A stretch of 64,000 nucleotides of DNA from Simkaniaceae bacterium (GTDB lineage: Bacteria > Chlamydiota > Chlamydiia > Chlamydiales > JACRBE01), in contig JALEGI010000003.1 in assembly GCA_022763045.1 (NCBI GenBank), forward strand, positions 12,289-76,288. The letters are read 5' to 3'. Shown one piece after another: positions 48,930 to 58,298 of the stretch. Both the position numbers and the translations under genes were made by a program. Within the stretch, counting starts at the first letter, position 1; each line of letters starts with the position of its first letter. The notes beneath the pieces were generated by a model that worked only from the letters and a program-made list of their open reading frames with translations, was not told the origin of the DNA and did not search any database.

Positions 48930-50591
48930 CTGTGGAGCTCTTTTTTCAAGATCCTGAATTAGATTCTCGACAACCTTTGGAAGTCCCTTCGAAGAATCGA
49001 GTACGATTTCAGCGTTAACAGGTATCTCATAAGGATCAGAAATTCCTGTAAACTGTGTGATCTTACCCTCTCTTGCCAGACGATAGAGTCCCTTTACATC
49101 CCGGTCTTCGCATACTGTAAGAGGCGTATTAACAAAAACCTCTATGTATTTTCCTTCATTACTAATAATCTGGCGATTCGCTTGGCGATCTTCTTCATAG
49201 GGAGCAATGTTAGCACACAAGCAGATCCCGCCGCTTTTTACAATAAGTGAGGCAACATAACCAATGCGTCTTACATTAATTGAGCGGTCCTTTTTTGAAA
49301 AACCGAGCCCATTTGAGAGATATTTACGAATGTTATCTCCATCTAAAATCACAACGGGTTTACCAGAAGTTGCATTGATGCGCTCTTCTAAAGCCTTACA
49401 AAGAGTTGTTTTGCCAGATCCTGATAGTCCAGTTAAATAGACGCAAACACCCTCTGATTTTCTGAACTCAGACTTTAAAATTTTGATCACTTCTGGAAAT
49501 GAAAACCAAGGGGGGATGGGGAGATTTTCTTTGAGCATGCGACGAAACTCTGTTCCAGAAATGCGCAATGCTGAAGCATCTTCTGGAACTTCATCTGCAG
49601 GGAAATATCCCTTGAGCTCAGGGACATAGACAATCTCTTTAGAGGTCACAATTTGAATTCCAAGGTCGTCTTTGTATTTTTTCAGCATGCTATGAGCTGC
49701 ATAGGGGTGAAAAAAAGGTGTTCCATCTGAGCGGCGTACAGAGGGCCCTGCATGATCGCGTCCAACAACAAAATGGGTGCATCCGTAATTTTTTCGAATT
49801 TGCGCGTGCCATACAGCTTCGCGAGGTCCTGCCATTCTCATTGAGAGTGGAAGTAGTGAGAGTTTGACAGAGTTCTCAGGATAGTACTGAATGAGCGCTT
49901 TGTAACACTCAATGCGTTTGTTTGGCTCGATATCACCAGGCTGTGTGATTCCAACAACAGGTTGCAAAAGCAATTTCGCATCTTCGCCAGCTTGGCCCAT
50001 GCAATAGCGTGTCAAAGCAAGATGACAGCGGTGAAGAGGATTGCGTGTTTGAAAGCCAACGACTTTCTTCCAACCGCTCTCTTTGATCATCTGACGGCAC
50101 TCAGCAGGTGTCAAACGGTACTCAGTATGACTAAAATGTCTAGGTGAGGCGACTTTTTTTAGACGACCAGTAAGGTAATAACTGTCGCGGTAAGATAAGA
50201 TACGCGAAATATAGGGATGACACGGTTCGGTAGATCCAAAAACGGATAGACATTCTTTTTCTACATCAGGTTGATACATCTCTTCGATTGTTAGCTCTGC
50301 AATGGGGAAATGCTCATCATCGCAAAGAATCACACCACGACTTTGACCAATTTTATCCCTTTCGGTTTGCGTGATTGGCAAGACGATTGGCATTGTCCAA
50401 AGTTTTCCATTCAAAAGGCGGCAATTATCTAAAACGCTATGATAATCTTTTTCACTTAAAAAAGTGTCAAGCGGATCAAACGCTCCGTCTATTAACATTT
50501 CTAAGTCGCAGACAAGGCGTTTATCAAGTTTTATTGAAGGTGTTGCAAAGCAAAAGGCAACAGACAGAAGAAATAATAGGCACGTTTTCAA
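48915..50591 (-). CDS. sat/cysC: Bifunctional sulfate adenylyltransferase/adenylylsulfate kinase with N-terminal signal-like peptide
   Basis: CDLEML..GAF.PL, FQTRNPLHRCH, GPREAVWHA, GRDHAG, GLSGSGKT, LDGDNIR, DVKGLY, FTGISDPYE; TTG start overlaps upstream stop. Confidence 0.93.
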   Translation of the reverse strand: MKTCLLFLLSVAFCFATPSIKLDKRLVCDLEMLIDGAFDPLDTFLSEKDYHSVLDNCRLLNGKLWTMPIVLPITQTERDKIGQSRGVILCDDEHFPIAELTIEEMYQPDVEKECLSVFGSTEPCHPYISRILSYRDSYYLTGRLKKVASPRHFSHTEYRLTPAECRQMIKESGWKKVVGFQTRNPLHRCHLALTRYCMGQAGEDAKLLLQPVVGITQPGDIEPNKRIECYKALIQYYPENSVKLSLLPLSMRMAGPREAVWHAQIRKNYGCTHFVVGRDHAGPSVRRSDGTPFFHPYAAHSMLKKYKDDLGIQIVTSKEIVYVPELKGYFPADEVPEDASALRISGTEFRRMLKENLPIPPWFSFPEVIKILKSEFRKSEGVCVYLTGLSGSGKTTLCKALEERINATSGKPVVILDGDNIRKYLSNGLGFSKKDRSINVRRIGYVASLIVKSGGICLCANIAPYEEDRQANRQIISNEGKYIEVFVNTPLTVCEDRDVKGLYRLAREGKITQFTGISDPYEIPVNAEIVLDSSKGLPKVVENLIQDLEKRAPQLFKR

Positions 50592-51121
50592 AGGTCACTC
50601 AGCTCTTTTTTAGTTATACTATTTGCCTCTGAGACCACCTCCTGGAAGGTGTTTGCTCCAGAGGTCACATTTTCAATTGATTCGGCGAAAATATGAACCA
50701 ACTGAACAATAGTTGCAACTAAAAAGTCAAGCGCGCAATTATTTATTTCAGCACCAAATTCAAAGCGAACATAGTGAAACACTGCACACTTATCGGTTTC
50801 ACTGAGTTTGAATCCGGGAAAGAGCGCTGTTTTATTGATCAAACTACAAAGTCTAGCAAGGTCACCAAAACGCGCTTCAGTGCATTCGTAGGGAAAAGGC
50901 GTAACAAAATTTAAAAAGGAGTAAGAGACCACTCCCCCCTTGTCTTGAGTCACCTGCTCTGTAGTGAGATAAAGCTGAAGCGTGAGATCTCTCCCAGTAT
51001 GATCTTGCCCAATCATGATAAAAATAATATCACTTGGAAAGTTTTCATCTTTTAATTGGAGCTTTGCGTCGTAGCCAGAGTCGATGAGAAATTGTTCGAT
51101 AGCAGACAATCTGAGATACAT
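50588..51121 (-). CDS. CesT/YbjN-fold protein, probable type III secretion class I chaperone
   Basis: Small and acidic; FPY...DLARLCSLINK...PGF.L.E pattern and C-terminal amphipathic helix; adjacent to effector-like gene. Confidence 0.6.
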   Translation of the reverse strand: MYLRLSAIEQFLIDSGYDAKLQLKDENFPSDIIFIMIGQDHTGRDLTLQLYLTTEQVTQDKGGVVSYSFLNFVTPFPYECTEARFGDLARLCSLINKTALFPGFKLSETDKCAVFHYVRFEFGAEINNCALDFLVATIVQLVHIFAESIENVTSGANTFQEVVSEANSITKKELSDL

Positions 51122-51131
51122 AAAGCGCTCC

Positions 51132-53144
51132 TTATTTAAAGTACATATCTAGAAAAATATCGGGATTGGTCATAAAAAGCTCTTGGTTTTCCCGCAATTG
51201 TAATCCCATTAAGCGAAATAGAGCCTGAACCTCACCAGCATCAATCCCTTTTTGACGCATTTTTTCTGAAATCGAGAGAATCATTTTCTCTTTTTCTTGG
51301 ACCATTTCGCCAGTTGTTACCAGAGCTATTTGTTTTTGATGGGCAGGTGTGAGCACCCACCTTTTATATCCGTAGTGCCCTGAAGATGCGACAAACCCAA
51401 GAGCAACAAAAGCGAGAACTGCGATGGCAATTCCACCAGTAGATGCCCCAATGGCAGCAGCACTGAGCAGAAGAAAGAGAGAAGAAATTGTAAAAATCAC
51501 TGTCGTCGCAAGAGAGAGCTTTTGGTTTTTAATTTGATTTCTTAGCCTACTAGAGTCAATAAATAATTTTCGATCCTCTAGTTGAGTAAAGTCTTGCACC
51601 ATTTTACTTGAGGGATATGTTTGAGCAAGAGCGCGCATCTTCTTAACTCTGAACTTGTTTTGCTTAATTTGTGCTACAGTATTTGAAATATCAGAAAGTA
51701 GCGAAGCAGTCGAGTAAATGCCTGCAATAAGCCCAAGACCTGCAGCTCCAATGCCGACTGCTGCAAAAATGGGCAATGATGAAGAGGCTATTGTTCCAGA
51801 GCGAATGGCATTTAAAACAGTCGCCGTTGAGCTCACTGTAAAAGCTGCACTCACGAGACCCGAAATGGGACGGTCCATGAGCTCATTGGAGTAGGCCTCT
51901 CTCTCTTTGTAAACCTGGTCAAAGGCCTCAATCAACTGAGCGCGCACTTGAAGAGAAATTCTTAGATGATCTTCCGAAATTTTCAGTCGATTTTGATGTG
52001 CCTCAACTTCTCGAGGACCCGCACCAACCTCTTGAGATTTAAGCTTATCGATCTCAACGCGCAAATGATTGATTGCCCCATTGACCCGATGCTCCACCCC
52101 ACGTAGCAGGCGAATTTGATCGCTCAAATTTCGCATGCGAGAGCGCGCTTTTCGAAAGCGCCAAACAGAGTAGATTGTTGAAGCGAGTCCTGTTGCAAAA
52201 AAAATGCTCGAGCTACCAACTGAGAGCTGGGCCGAATGAGTCGCTGGCGCTCCACGACTACCAAAACCGAGGTGTCCATGTGTGTAGCGAGCTCGAGATG
52301 CCAGGCCCATACTAGTTGCTGCCATGCTAACATGACCCATAATGCGCTTCTTGTCAAAAACCAGCTTTAGCACCTTTTGCGCATAAGAAATATCTTCCGA
52401 AAATGGCCCACTAGATTGCTCCATTTGAGCGAGCTGTAGCTGCTCGCCCATCAGAAAATCGTCTGCCCGCTGCAGTCGAACCTGCTCAATTGTTTGTGGC
52501 ATTTGATCACTAAAAACTCTCTTGAAGGCGTAAAAGCTCGCGTTGAGGTGGAGAATAATCTGGTCGACCTCTTCCTGTGGTATGATTGAACAATAGAGTT
52601 CATTGTTGCCAATCTCATGGGGGCGAGACAAATCACGATTGAGAGCATTGAAGATATCAAAGAGTTTTAGGACATGCTCTTCGGAAAAAAACTTTTGAGC
52701 ATCAACACTACTTTCTCCGCGCCCCTGCGCTAAACCTGTTAACATACGCATCCCCTCATCGAGATAGCTAGTTAAAAGCTTTGCCTTTTCATACAAAAGG
52801 GCTCTTTGAGAAATTTTCTTTAAATCGCTTCCCAGGTTGCGAAGTCGAGTGAGCCTCTCGTGAATGGAATCAAGCTCATCAGGCTCTGCATTTGAGCAGC
52901 AAACAACTCCCCTCTCGATAGACTCAATACGCGCACGTACGGCCTGCTCCTCTCTTTGAAAAAGTTCACTAATAGAGCTTCTTGAGATTTCCCGGCTGCC
53001 AATAATTGCTTGGAACCTGCCCCCCACACGCGCTTGCATTTGAGAAATTTCACTTCTTGCAGTTGAAACAAGAGTATCTTCGTGCCCCTGGAGCTCTCGA
53101 GCGCGGCGTATCCGCTTAGGGGCTATTTCAGTTCTATCAGCCAT
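51132..53144 (-). CDS. Coiled-coil protein with bilobed hydrophobic domains (Inc/translocator-like)
   Basis: No Sec signal; G/A/S-rich hydrophobic hairpins alternating with coiled coils. Confidence 0.7.
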   Translation of the reverse strand: MADRTEIAPKRIRRARELQGHEDTLVSTARSEISQMQARVGGRFQAIIGSREISRSSISELFQREEQAVRARIESIERGVVCCSNAEPDELDSIHERLTRLRNLGSDLKKISQRALLYEKAKLLTSYLDEGMRMLTGLAQGRGESSVDAQKFFSEEHVLKLFDIFNALNRDLSRPHEIGNNELYCSIIPQEEVDQIILHLNASFYAFKRVFSDQMPQTIEQVRLQRADDFLMGEQLQLAQMEQSSGPFSEDISYAQKVLKLVFDKKRIMGHVSMAATSMGLASRARYTHGHLGFGSRGAPATHSAQLSVGSSSIFFATGLASTIYSVWRFRKARSRMRNLSDQIRLLRGVEHRVNGAINHLRVEIDKLKSQEVGAGPREVEAHQNRLKISEDHLRISLQVRAQLIEAFDQVYKEREAYSNELMDRPISGLVSAAFTVSSTATVLNAIRSGTIASSSLPIFAAVGIGAAGLGLIAGIYSTASLLSDISNTVAQIKQNKFRVKKMRALAQTYPSSKMVQDFTQLEDRKLFIDSSRLRNQIKNQKLSLATTVIFTISSLFLLLSAAAIGASTGGIAIAVLAFVALGFVASSGHYGYKRWVLTPAHQKQIALVTTGEMVQEKEKMILSISEKMRQKGIDAGEVQALFRLMGLQLRENQELFMTNPDIFLDMYFK

Positions 53145-53180
53145 AACTCCCTCTATAGAGTTTATGCCGAAAAATGTAAA

Positions 53181-54248
53181 CTAAGAGGGGCCAAATGGGA
53201 TAAGAGAAGTGAGAAGCTCTTCTTTATTGATTTTAGCAATCCAAATTTCGGAGTCATCCTTCCCATAAACCAGATAAATATATCTGCCTTTTTCAACAAA
53301 TCCCCCTGGGTAGATCACGCGTTTCCAGTACCCTGTGGGGGCATAGAGATTCTTTGCCATCAAAGGATAGGGTGAAATATGCGTGACTACAAAAGGAGGT
53401 TCCTTCGAGTAAATTGCGGCTCCCATGTAGTAGTGCATCATCTCTTTGCGCCTTGATACGGGAGAGCGAAAGGCCTCAGAAGTATGAAAAAAGCTCAAAT
53501 AACCCTCTTTAACTTCAATAGCAGGACTTCCTCCTCTGAAAGCGCCCCACTTCCACCGCTGTTTTTCTCCTGTTAAATAGACTGGCCTGCAATTTTCCTC
53601 ATACGAAAGGACCTCATGGGGGACGATGCTGTAGGAAAAAAAGAGGCGATCATTCTTAACAAATGGAACCCAATTTTTCTCCCATTTTTGTGTATAATAT
53701 CTCTGAGGGTGACGCAGTTTGATTGGCTTTTCAACACTAAAAACTCCATTCTCACAAACAAGCTTTGCAAGGTACATGTCACGCCTGGCATAGGGAAGCG
53801 AACTGACAATATCCATGTTATCGTTATATATGAGGTAGTAGTCGCCCCCCATTTTAAAAATTCGTGCATCTTCAGCCTGAGACTGGATTGAGCAATAATC
53901 TCCCCGAACCGGGATGCGTTGGGGAGAGCCAACAATTTGAAACTTATGATTGAGGCGAGCACAGGCGATATAAGAAACCCAAGGATCATTGATCATATCA
54001 GGAGTATCGCGAAAAACTAGAAGGTAGCCTCCTTCATAATCAATAATCGAGGGATTATAGCCATTTGGATAGCCTGGAATTTCAAGGCGCCAAAAGTCGT
54101 CGATAATAGATTGACTTCCCCTCTTGAATTTTCCTGACTTATCGCGATAGGCATGGCGCTCTGCTTGAGAGTGCAGATCAAGTGGGCGACGACGCAAGGC
54201 AGATAAATTTGCAGTTAGTATGAGCGTTAAAAAAAGAAATCGTATCAT
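53181..54248 (-). CDS. Secreted beta-propeller carbohydrate-active enzyme (GH130/GT91-like)
   Basis: Signal peptide; YNPSI, EDARI, EKNWVPF, RGGSP, FFH, VIYP.G, YG..D. Confidence 0.7.
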   Translation of the reverse strand: MIRFLFLTLILTANLSALRRRPLDLHSQAERHAYRDKSGKFKRGSQSIIDDFWRLEIPGYPNGYNPSIIDYEGGYLLVFRDTPDMINDPWVSYIACARLNHKFQIVGSPQRIPVRGDYCSIQSQAEDARIFKMGGDYYLIYNDNMDIVSSLPYARRDMYLAKLVCENGVFSVEKPIKLRHPQRYYTQKWEKNWVPFVKNDRLFFSYSIVPHEVLSYEENCRPVYLTGEKQRWKWGAFRGGSPAIEVKEGYLSFFHTSEAFRSPVSRRKEMMHYYMGAAIYSKEPPFVVTHISPYPLMAKNLYAPTGYWKRVIYPGGFVEKGRYIYLVYGKDDSEIWIAKINKEELLTSLIPFGPS

Positions 54249-54257
54249 AACGCTGAG

Positions 54258-54286
54258 AGATTACCCTGTCATCATGTCACTGTCAA
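54258..54286 (-). promoter_or_regulatory. Putative promoter (near-leaderless)
   Basis: TTGACA-N17-TAATCT, 9 nt before ATG 54248. Confidence 0.6.
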
Positions 54287-54336
54287 GTCAACACGCTCAT
54301 TTGCAAAAATGTTGGCAATTCTGTTAGAGGTGAAGT

Positions 54337-54492
54337 ATGATGGCTCTACTTTTTATCCTCTTTTCTCTAGCAATTGGCTTTGCTCTTTTTCGTAAATATT
54401 GGGCATGTCTTGCAACATCACTTCTCACACTCATATTGTGTGCCCTTATGTTCATCTATCATGCAAACCAAGCGTTGGGGATTAACTTTTGA
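54337..54492 (+). CDS. 51-aa two-TM protein (DUF5993-like), missing from the ORF track
   Basis: MMALLFILFSLAIGFALFRKYWACLATSLLTLILCALMFIYHANQALGINF; GAGGTG SD; TTGA overlap with dsbB. Confidence 0.75.
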   Translation: MMALLFILFSLAIGFALFRKYWACLATSLLTLILCALMFIYHANQALGINF

Positions 54493-55004
54493 TCCGATAT
54501 AAACTCATCCAGTTTCTCAACGCCCTTTGGATTTTAATACTGCTTGTTGTTTTAATCGGCGCCTACATCTATCAAATTGTCGAGCGTGAAAATCCCTGCC
54601 CGTTGTGTGAACTCATTCGTCTCTCCATGATCTGCGTCTCTATTGGACCAATGCTCAATTTGCGCTTTTGCCCCCATCCACGCCATTATGCACTCTCTCT
54701 TGCCGGAGCAATTTTTGGGGGTTGCGTTGCAATAAGACAAATTTGTCTGCACATTTGCCCCGACTTTACTACATATGGAGTGCGCGTCTTTGGAATGGAG
54801 CTCTACACTTGGGCTTTTATTGTCTTTGGATGCTCAATTGTTGCCGCAACTATTCTCCTTGCTCTCTACAGGAGCTCTGACTCTCAGGTGAAACACGAAA
54901 CGGGCTACTTCGAATGGATTGTGATGATCGCGATGCTTATCATTGCGATCTTAAATATATTCACAGCCTTTGCAATCTGTGGCTTTACCGCTTGCCCACG
55001 ATAA
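54489..55004 (+). CDS. dsbB: Disulfide bond formation protein B family
   Basis: PCPLC, RQICLHI, GMELYTW; TM pattern. Confidence 0.88.
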   Translation: MIRYKLIQFLNALWILILLVVLIGAYIYQIVERENPCPLCELIRLSMICVSIGPMLNLRFCPHPRHYALSLAGAIFGGCVAIRQICLHICPDFTTYGVRVFGMELYTWAFIVFGCSIVAATILLALYRSSDSQVKHETGYFEWIVMIAMLIIAILNIFTAFAICGFTACPR

Positions 55005-55614
55005 ATTCAATGGGGCTCTCGCACACCTCAACAAAGACGCGACCTTCATGCTCCCATATCACTTTTTTACCCTCAATCGCACCTTTCATATCGGTGACAT
55101 AAAACGAGAGATAGGGCACTCCCTGCAGTACTTTAGGAGCGTCAGATTCAGGCTCGCGCCACTCAATGCCATACTCTTTTGACTTGCGCGCTTTGCCTGG
55201 GAGCACAAAGGCGCGGTATTGATAAATTTCACTAAATGGCGTTGGAACAACGCGATCCCCAATGGCCCGCTTGCAAAGCTCTTCATCGTCAATTTTTGTC
55301 TCGATTAGCTCAACTAAAGCCCCCTCGACATCAATGACCGTTGAGCGAAAATCTTTGATTGGGTAAAAAGGCTCCATTAAAACTGGATAGTCTTGAATCC
55401 TCTTGTCCATGTCATCGACTTGGAATGCAATATGTGGCTCTACCAAAATCTTAGGATGAAAGGGCGCGCCCTGATCAAAACGGAGCCATTGAATGCGAAA
55501 GTCGTTATCCCCATATCCAGAGGAGTACATCTTCCAATCTTCAATATACACCTCCCCTTCGCGCTTTTTGTTAGTGGGGACTCCTAGATGGTGATATTTC
55601 AATTGAGCCACCAA
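54985..55614 (-). CDS. VOC/glyoxalase-fold protein with internal duplication
   Basis: HHLGVPT...PHIAFQVDD...VELIE, repeated as PYLSFYVTD...PIEFI. Confidence 0.7.
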   Translation of the reverse strand: MVAQLKYHHLGVPTNKKREGEVYIEDWKMYSSGYGDNDFRIQWLRFDQGAPFHPKILVEPHIAFQVDDMDKRIQDYPVLMEPFYPIKDFRSTVIDVEGALVELIETKIDDEELCKRAIGDRVVPTPFSEIYQYRAFVLPGKARKSKEYGIEWREPESDAPKVLQGVPYLSFYVTDMKGAIEGKKVIWEHEGRVFVEVCESPIEFIVGKR

Positions 55615-56066
55615 ATGGCAAAGTTAAGAGTCGATGCATAGGCTGTCCATAAAAAGTAGGGAACTTGTAAAATTCCCGCTACTCGATCAAGACGGTAGTA
55701 CCAAACAGTCATGATCCCAATCAAAACGAGTAAAATCACAATGTTAATGCATGCCATTCCAGGCTGGTGCATGCCAAAAAAGAGCCATGACCAAAGACCA
55801 TTAAAAAATAGCTGCACGAAGAAGAGAATATAGGCTCCCATCGGCGCCCTTTTGCGAAAGACAAGCCAGACCGAGATGGCCATCAAAATATAAAGTGCTG
55901 TCCAGACAGGGCCAAAAACCCAACCAGGAGGCGTCCAAGCAGCTTTTTGCAGTCCCTGATACCAAGGTTTAAGTGATGTAAAGGTGACTCGAGAAGAGAT
56001 CCATTGCACAAAAACAACTGGTAGATACCAGAGAATAAGGTAGGGCAGGCCACGATGTTTTTCCAT
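55599..56066 (-). CDS. tspO: TspO/MBR tryptophan-rich sensory protein
   Basis: WYQGLQK..WTPPGWVFGPVWTALY, QL.FN.LWS.LFF, PYFLW. Confidence 0.95.
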   Translation of the reverse strand: MEKHRGLPYLILWYLPVVFVQWISSRVTFTSLKPWYQGLQKAAWTPPGWVFGPVWTALYILMAISVWLVFRKRAPMGAYILFFVQLFFNGLWSWLFFGMHQPGMACINIVILLVLIGIMTVWYYRLDRVAGILQVPYFLWTAYASTLNFAIWWLN

Positions 56067-56106
56067 AGCTTAGTTGTACAAGATTTGTATTTAAAACCCA
56101 ATTTAT

Positions 56107-57411
56107 GTGATGATTTTTTGCATGACAAAGCCAGCTATTGTAGTTTTAGACCGTAATCTCAGAACCCACGATAACCCTTGTCTTTTTGAAGCTGCCAAAA
56201 GCAAAAAGCCAATTATCGTCGCCTATCTCTACGATGAAAAATTCTCAAGACCTCTAGGCTCTTCGCACAAATGGTGGCTCCATCACAGCTTAACGGAGCT
56301 ACAAAAAAAACTTCCCTTAGTTCTATGCAAAGGAGAGCTCAACCCACTCATTGAAAAGAGCGGTGCTGATATGCTCTACTGGAATAGACCCATTGACCCC
56401 GGTGCCCGCAGCAAATTTCAAGCAATTACCAAATCTGCCCCACACCTCACAGTAAAAGAGTGCACCCCAGATTTACTCATTAAACCTGAAGAGCTTTTAA
56501 CTGACACGGGCGGCTACTACAAAGTATTCACACCTTTTTGGAAAAAATGCTTAAAACACATCAATGAAACCAACGAAAATAGCCTACCAAAAATTCACTT
56601 TGTCTCTGAGATAAAGGGAGATTCGCTTGAATCTTGGAAACTTCTTGATGGACTCATTTGTGAAAATTTAGACCAGTATTGGGAGCCAGGTGAAGAGGGG
56701 GCAAAAAAGAGGCTTGAAGAGTTTATACCAAAGATTGAAGAGTATCGAGGAAAACGCGACATCATGTCCTGTGAGGGCACCTCAAAACTCTCTCCCCACC
56801 TGCACTGGGGAGAAATTAGCATTCGAGAGGTATTTAATAAAACGCAGGGATCAGAAACATACATCAGTGAACTCGGCTGGCGTGAATTTTCCTACTACCT
56901 GCTACACCACTTTCCAGATCTTCCAAAGAAGAATTTCAATCCAAAATTCAATCAGTTTAAATGGGACAACTCAAAAGAGCACTTTGAAGCTTGGAAGATG
57001 GGACAAACTGGCTATTCGATGGTTGATGCAGCGATGCGCGAACTTCTTGAGATGGGGTGGATGCACAATAGAAGCCGTATGATTGTCGGTTCATTTCTAG
57101 TGAAGGATCTATTGATTGATTGGAGACAAGGAGAAGAGTGGTTTTGGGACCTATTAGTCGATGGCGATCCTGCTCAAAATGCCTTTAACTGGCAATGGAT
57201 TGCCGGATCAGGGGCAGATGCTGCCCCCTTCTTTCGTATCTTTAATCCGACAACTCAAGGTGAAAAATTCGACCCAGAGGGAATCTACCGCTCAAAGTAT
57301 ATCCCTGAGTATAACGGAGCTTTTGACTACCTACTACCAATTGTCGATCATAAAAAAATGAGAAATGAGGCCCTAGAACGGTATAAACTATGCAATGGCA
57401 GCGAGCAGTAG
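56107..57411 (+). CDS. phr: Deoxyribodipyrimidine photolyase (CPD type)
   Basis: RNLRTHDN, YKVFTPFWK, TSKLSPHLHWGEIS, WMHNR.RM, WQWIAGSGADAAPFFRIFNP; start may be 56122. Confidence 0.94.
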   Translation: MMIFCMTKPAIVVLDRNLRTHDNPCLFEAAKSKKPIIVAYLYDEKFSRPLGSSHKWWLHHSLTELQKKLPLVLCKGELNPLIEKSGADMLYWNRPIDPGARSKFQAITKSAPHLTVKECTPDLLIKPEELLTDTGGYYKVFTPFWKKCLKHINETNENSLPKIHFVSEIKGDSLESWKLLDGLICENLDQYWEPGEEGAKKRLEEFIPKIEEYRGKRDIMSCEGTSKLSPHLHWGEISIREVFNKTQGSETYISELGWREFSYYLLHHFPDLPKKNFNPKFNQFKWDNSKEHFEAWKMGQTGYSMVDAAMRELLEMGWMHNRSRMIVGSFLVKDLLIDWRQGEEWFWDLLVDGDPAQNAFNWQWIAGSGADAAPFFRIFNPTTQGEKFDPEGIYRSKYIPEYNGAFDYLLPIVDHKKMRNEALERYKLCNGSEQ

Positions 57412-58041
57412 TGCTGCTAAAATCGAGATGACCACTTTGGAAGCGACTCTTTTGGTAAGCTTCCCCATTAGACGTGGAAACTTCTTTTTCAAAAATCGAG
57501 TGACAATATTTGAGCCATCAGAGGGATTTGCCAGCGCAAATTTAACATCCTCTTTAGTCAACTCTCCCCTTTTATCCTCTTTCAGCGCTTGTCTGACGAG
57601 CTGAGCAATATCTTCAACCTCTTCAGAGTAAAAACTTGCCCCTTCGATATGAATCGGATTGACTACCCAACCTGTAATTCTTTCAAGCTCACTTGCCGTC
57701 TCACGTGGTGATAGTTTAACCCTATCATCAACCCTTGGTGGATCGTCAAGAACTCTCTGCTTTGCATGACATGCAAGTTTGAGTATCGGGTTTTCTCTCA
57801 CAATATGCGCTTTGCCATGCATAGCTTGCAAAGCCTTTTGTGAAGCTTCATTTACCTTACCACGAACCTTCATTCTCTCCACAACACGGTTGCGTGTTGT
57901 GGCGCGTCGAGTAGAGCGAAACGGTTTAAGAGCGCCCATTGCGACGTTATTTGTATTTTGCTGAGCCTCAGTCGCTTTTGGCATTCGATTGAGCAAGCTA
58001 ATTGAATCGTGCAAGGGATTATTTGTTACAACTGCGTGCAT
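57388..58041 (-). CDS. Hypothetical basic protein with single C-terminal TM anchor
   Basis: Ends KRVASKVVISILAALLLAAIA; no N-terminal Sec signal. Confidence 0.7.
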   Translation of the reverse strand: MHAVVTNNPLHDSISLLNRMPKATEAQQNTNNVAMGALKPFRSTRRATTRNRVVERMKVRGKVNEASQKALQAMHGKAHIVRENPILKLACHAKQRVLDDPPRVDDRVKLSPRETASELERITGWVVNPIHIEGASFYSEEVEDIAQLVRQALKEDKRGELTKEDVKFALANPSDGSNIVTRFLKKKFPRLMGKLTKRVASKVVISILAALLLAAIA

Positions 58042-58185
58042 TTTTTACGCCTACATTAAACTTAGTTATATTAGTCCTAAGTTCATTATATCATAGTTCA
58101 AATTATAATTATATATAATTGAAAGCATTAATCACATCTTATTGAAAATTAGACAATTGGAATTAAGGCTTTGCAGAGGGGGGGC

Positions 58186-58292
58186 GAGCTCGTTTTCTAC
58201 CCGACTGTAACATGCTCTTTTGCAAACGGTTAATGTTCGTTGTGGTAGCATGCTTATTGAACCGACACTAAATGAGAATTGGAGGCGAGCTC
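58186..58292 (+). other. Rod-like folded intergenic element (candidate ncRNA)
   Basis: 58186-97 pairs with 58281-92 (GU-rich); catgct/agcatg inner helix; central asymmetric bubble. Confidence 0.35.
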
Positions 58293-58298
58293 AGATCA

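Noticed and set aside
58170-58205. Functional group II intron
   Set aside because: Only a domain VI-like end is present; no domain V, no reverse transcriptase ORF
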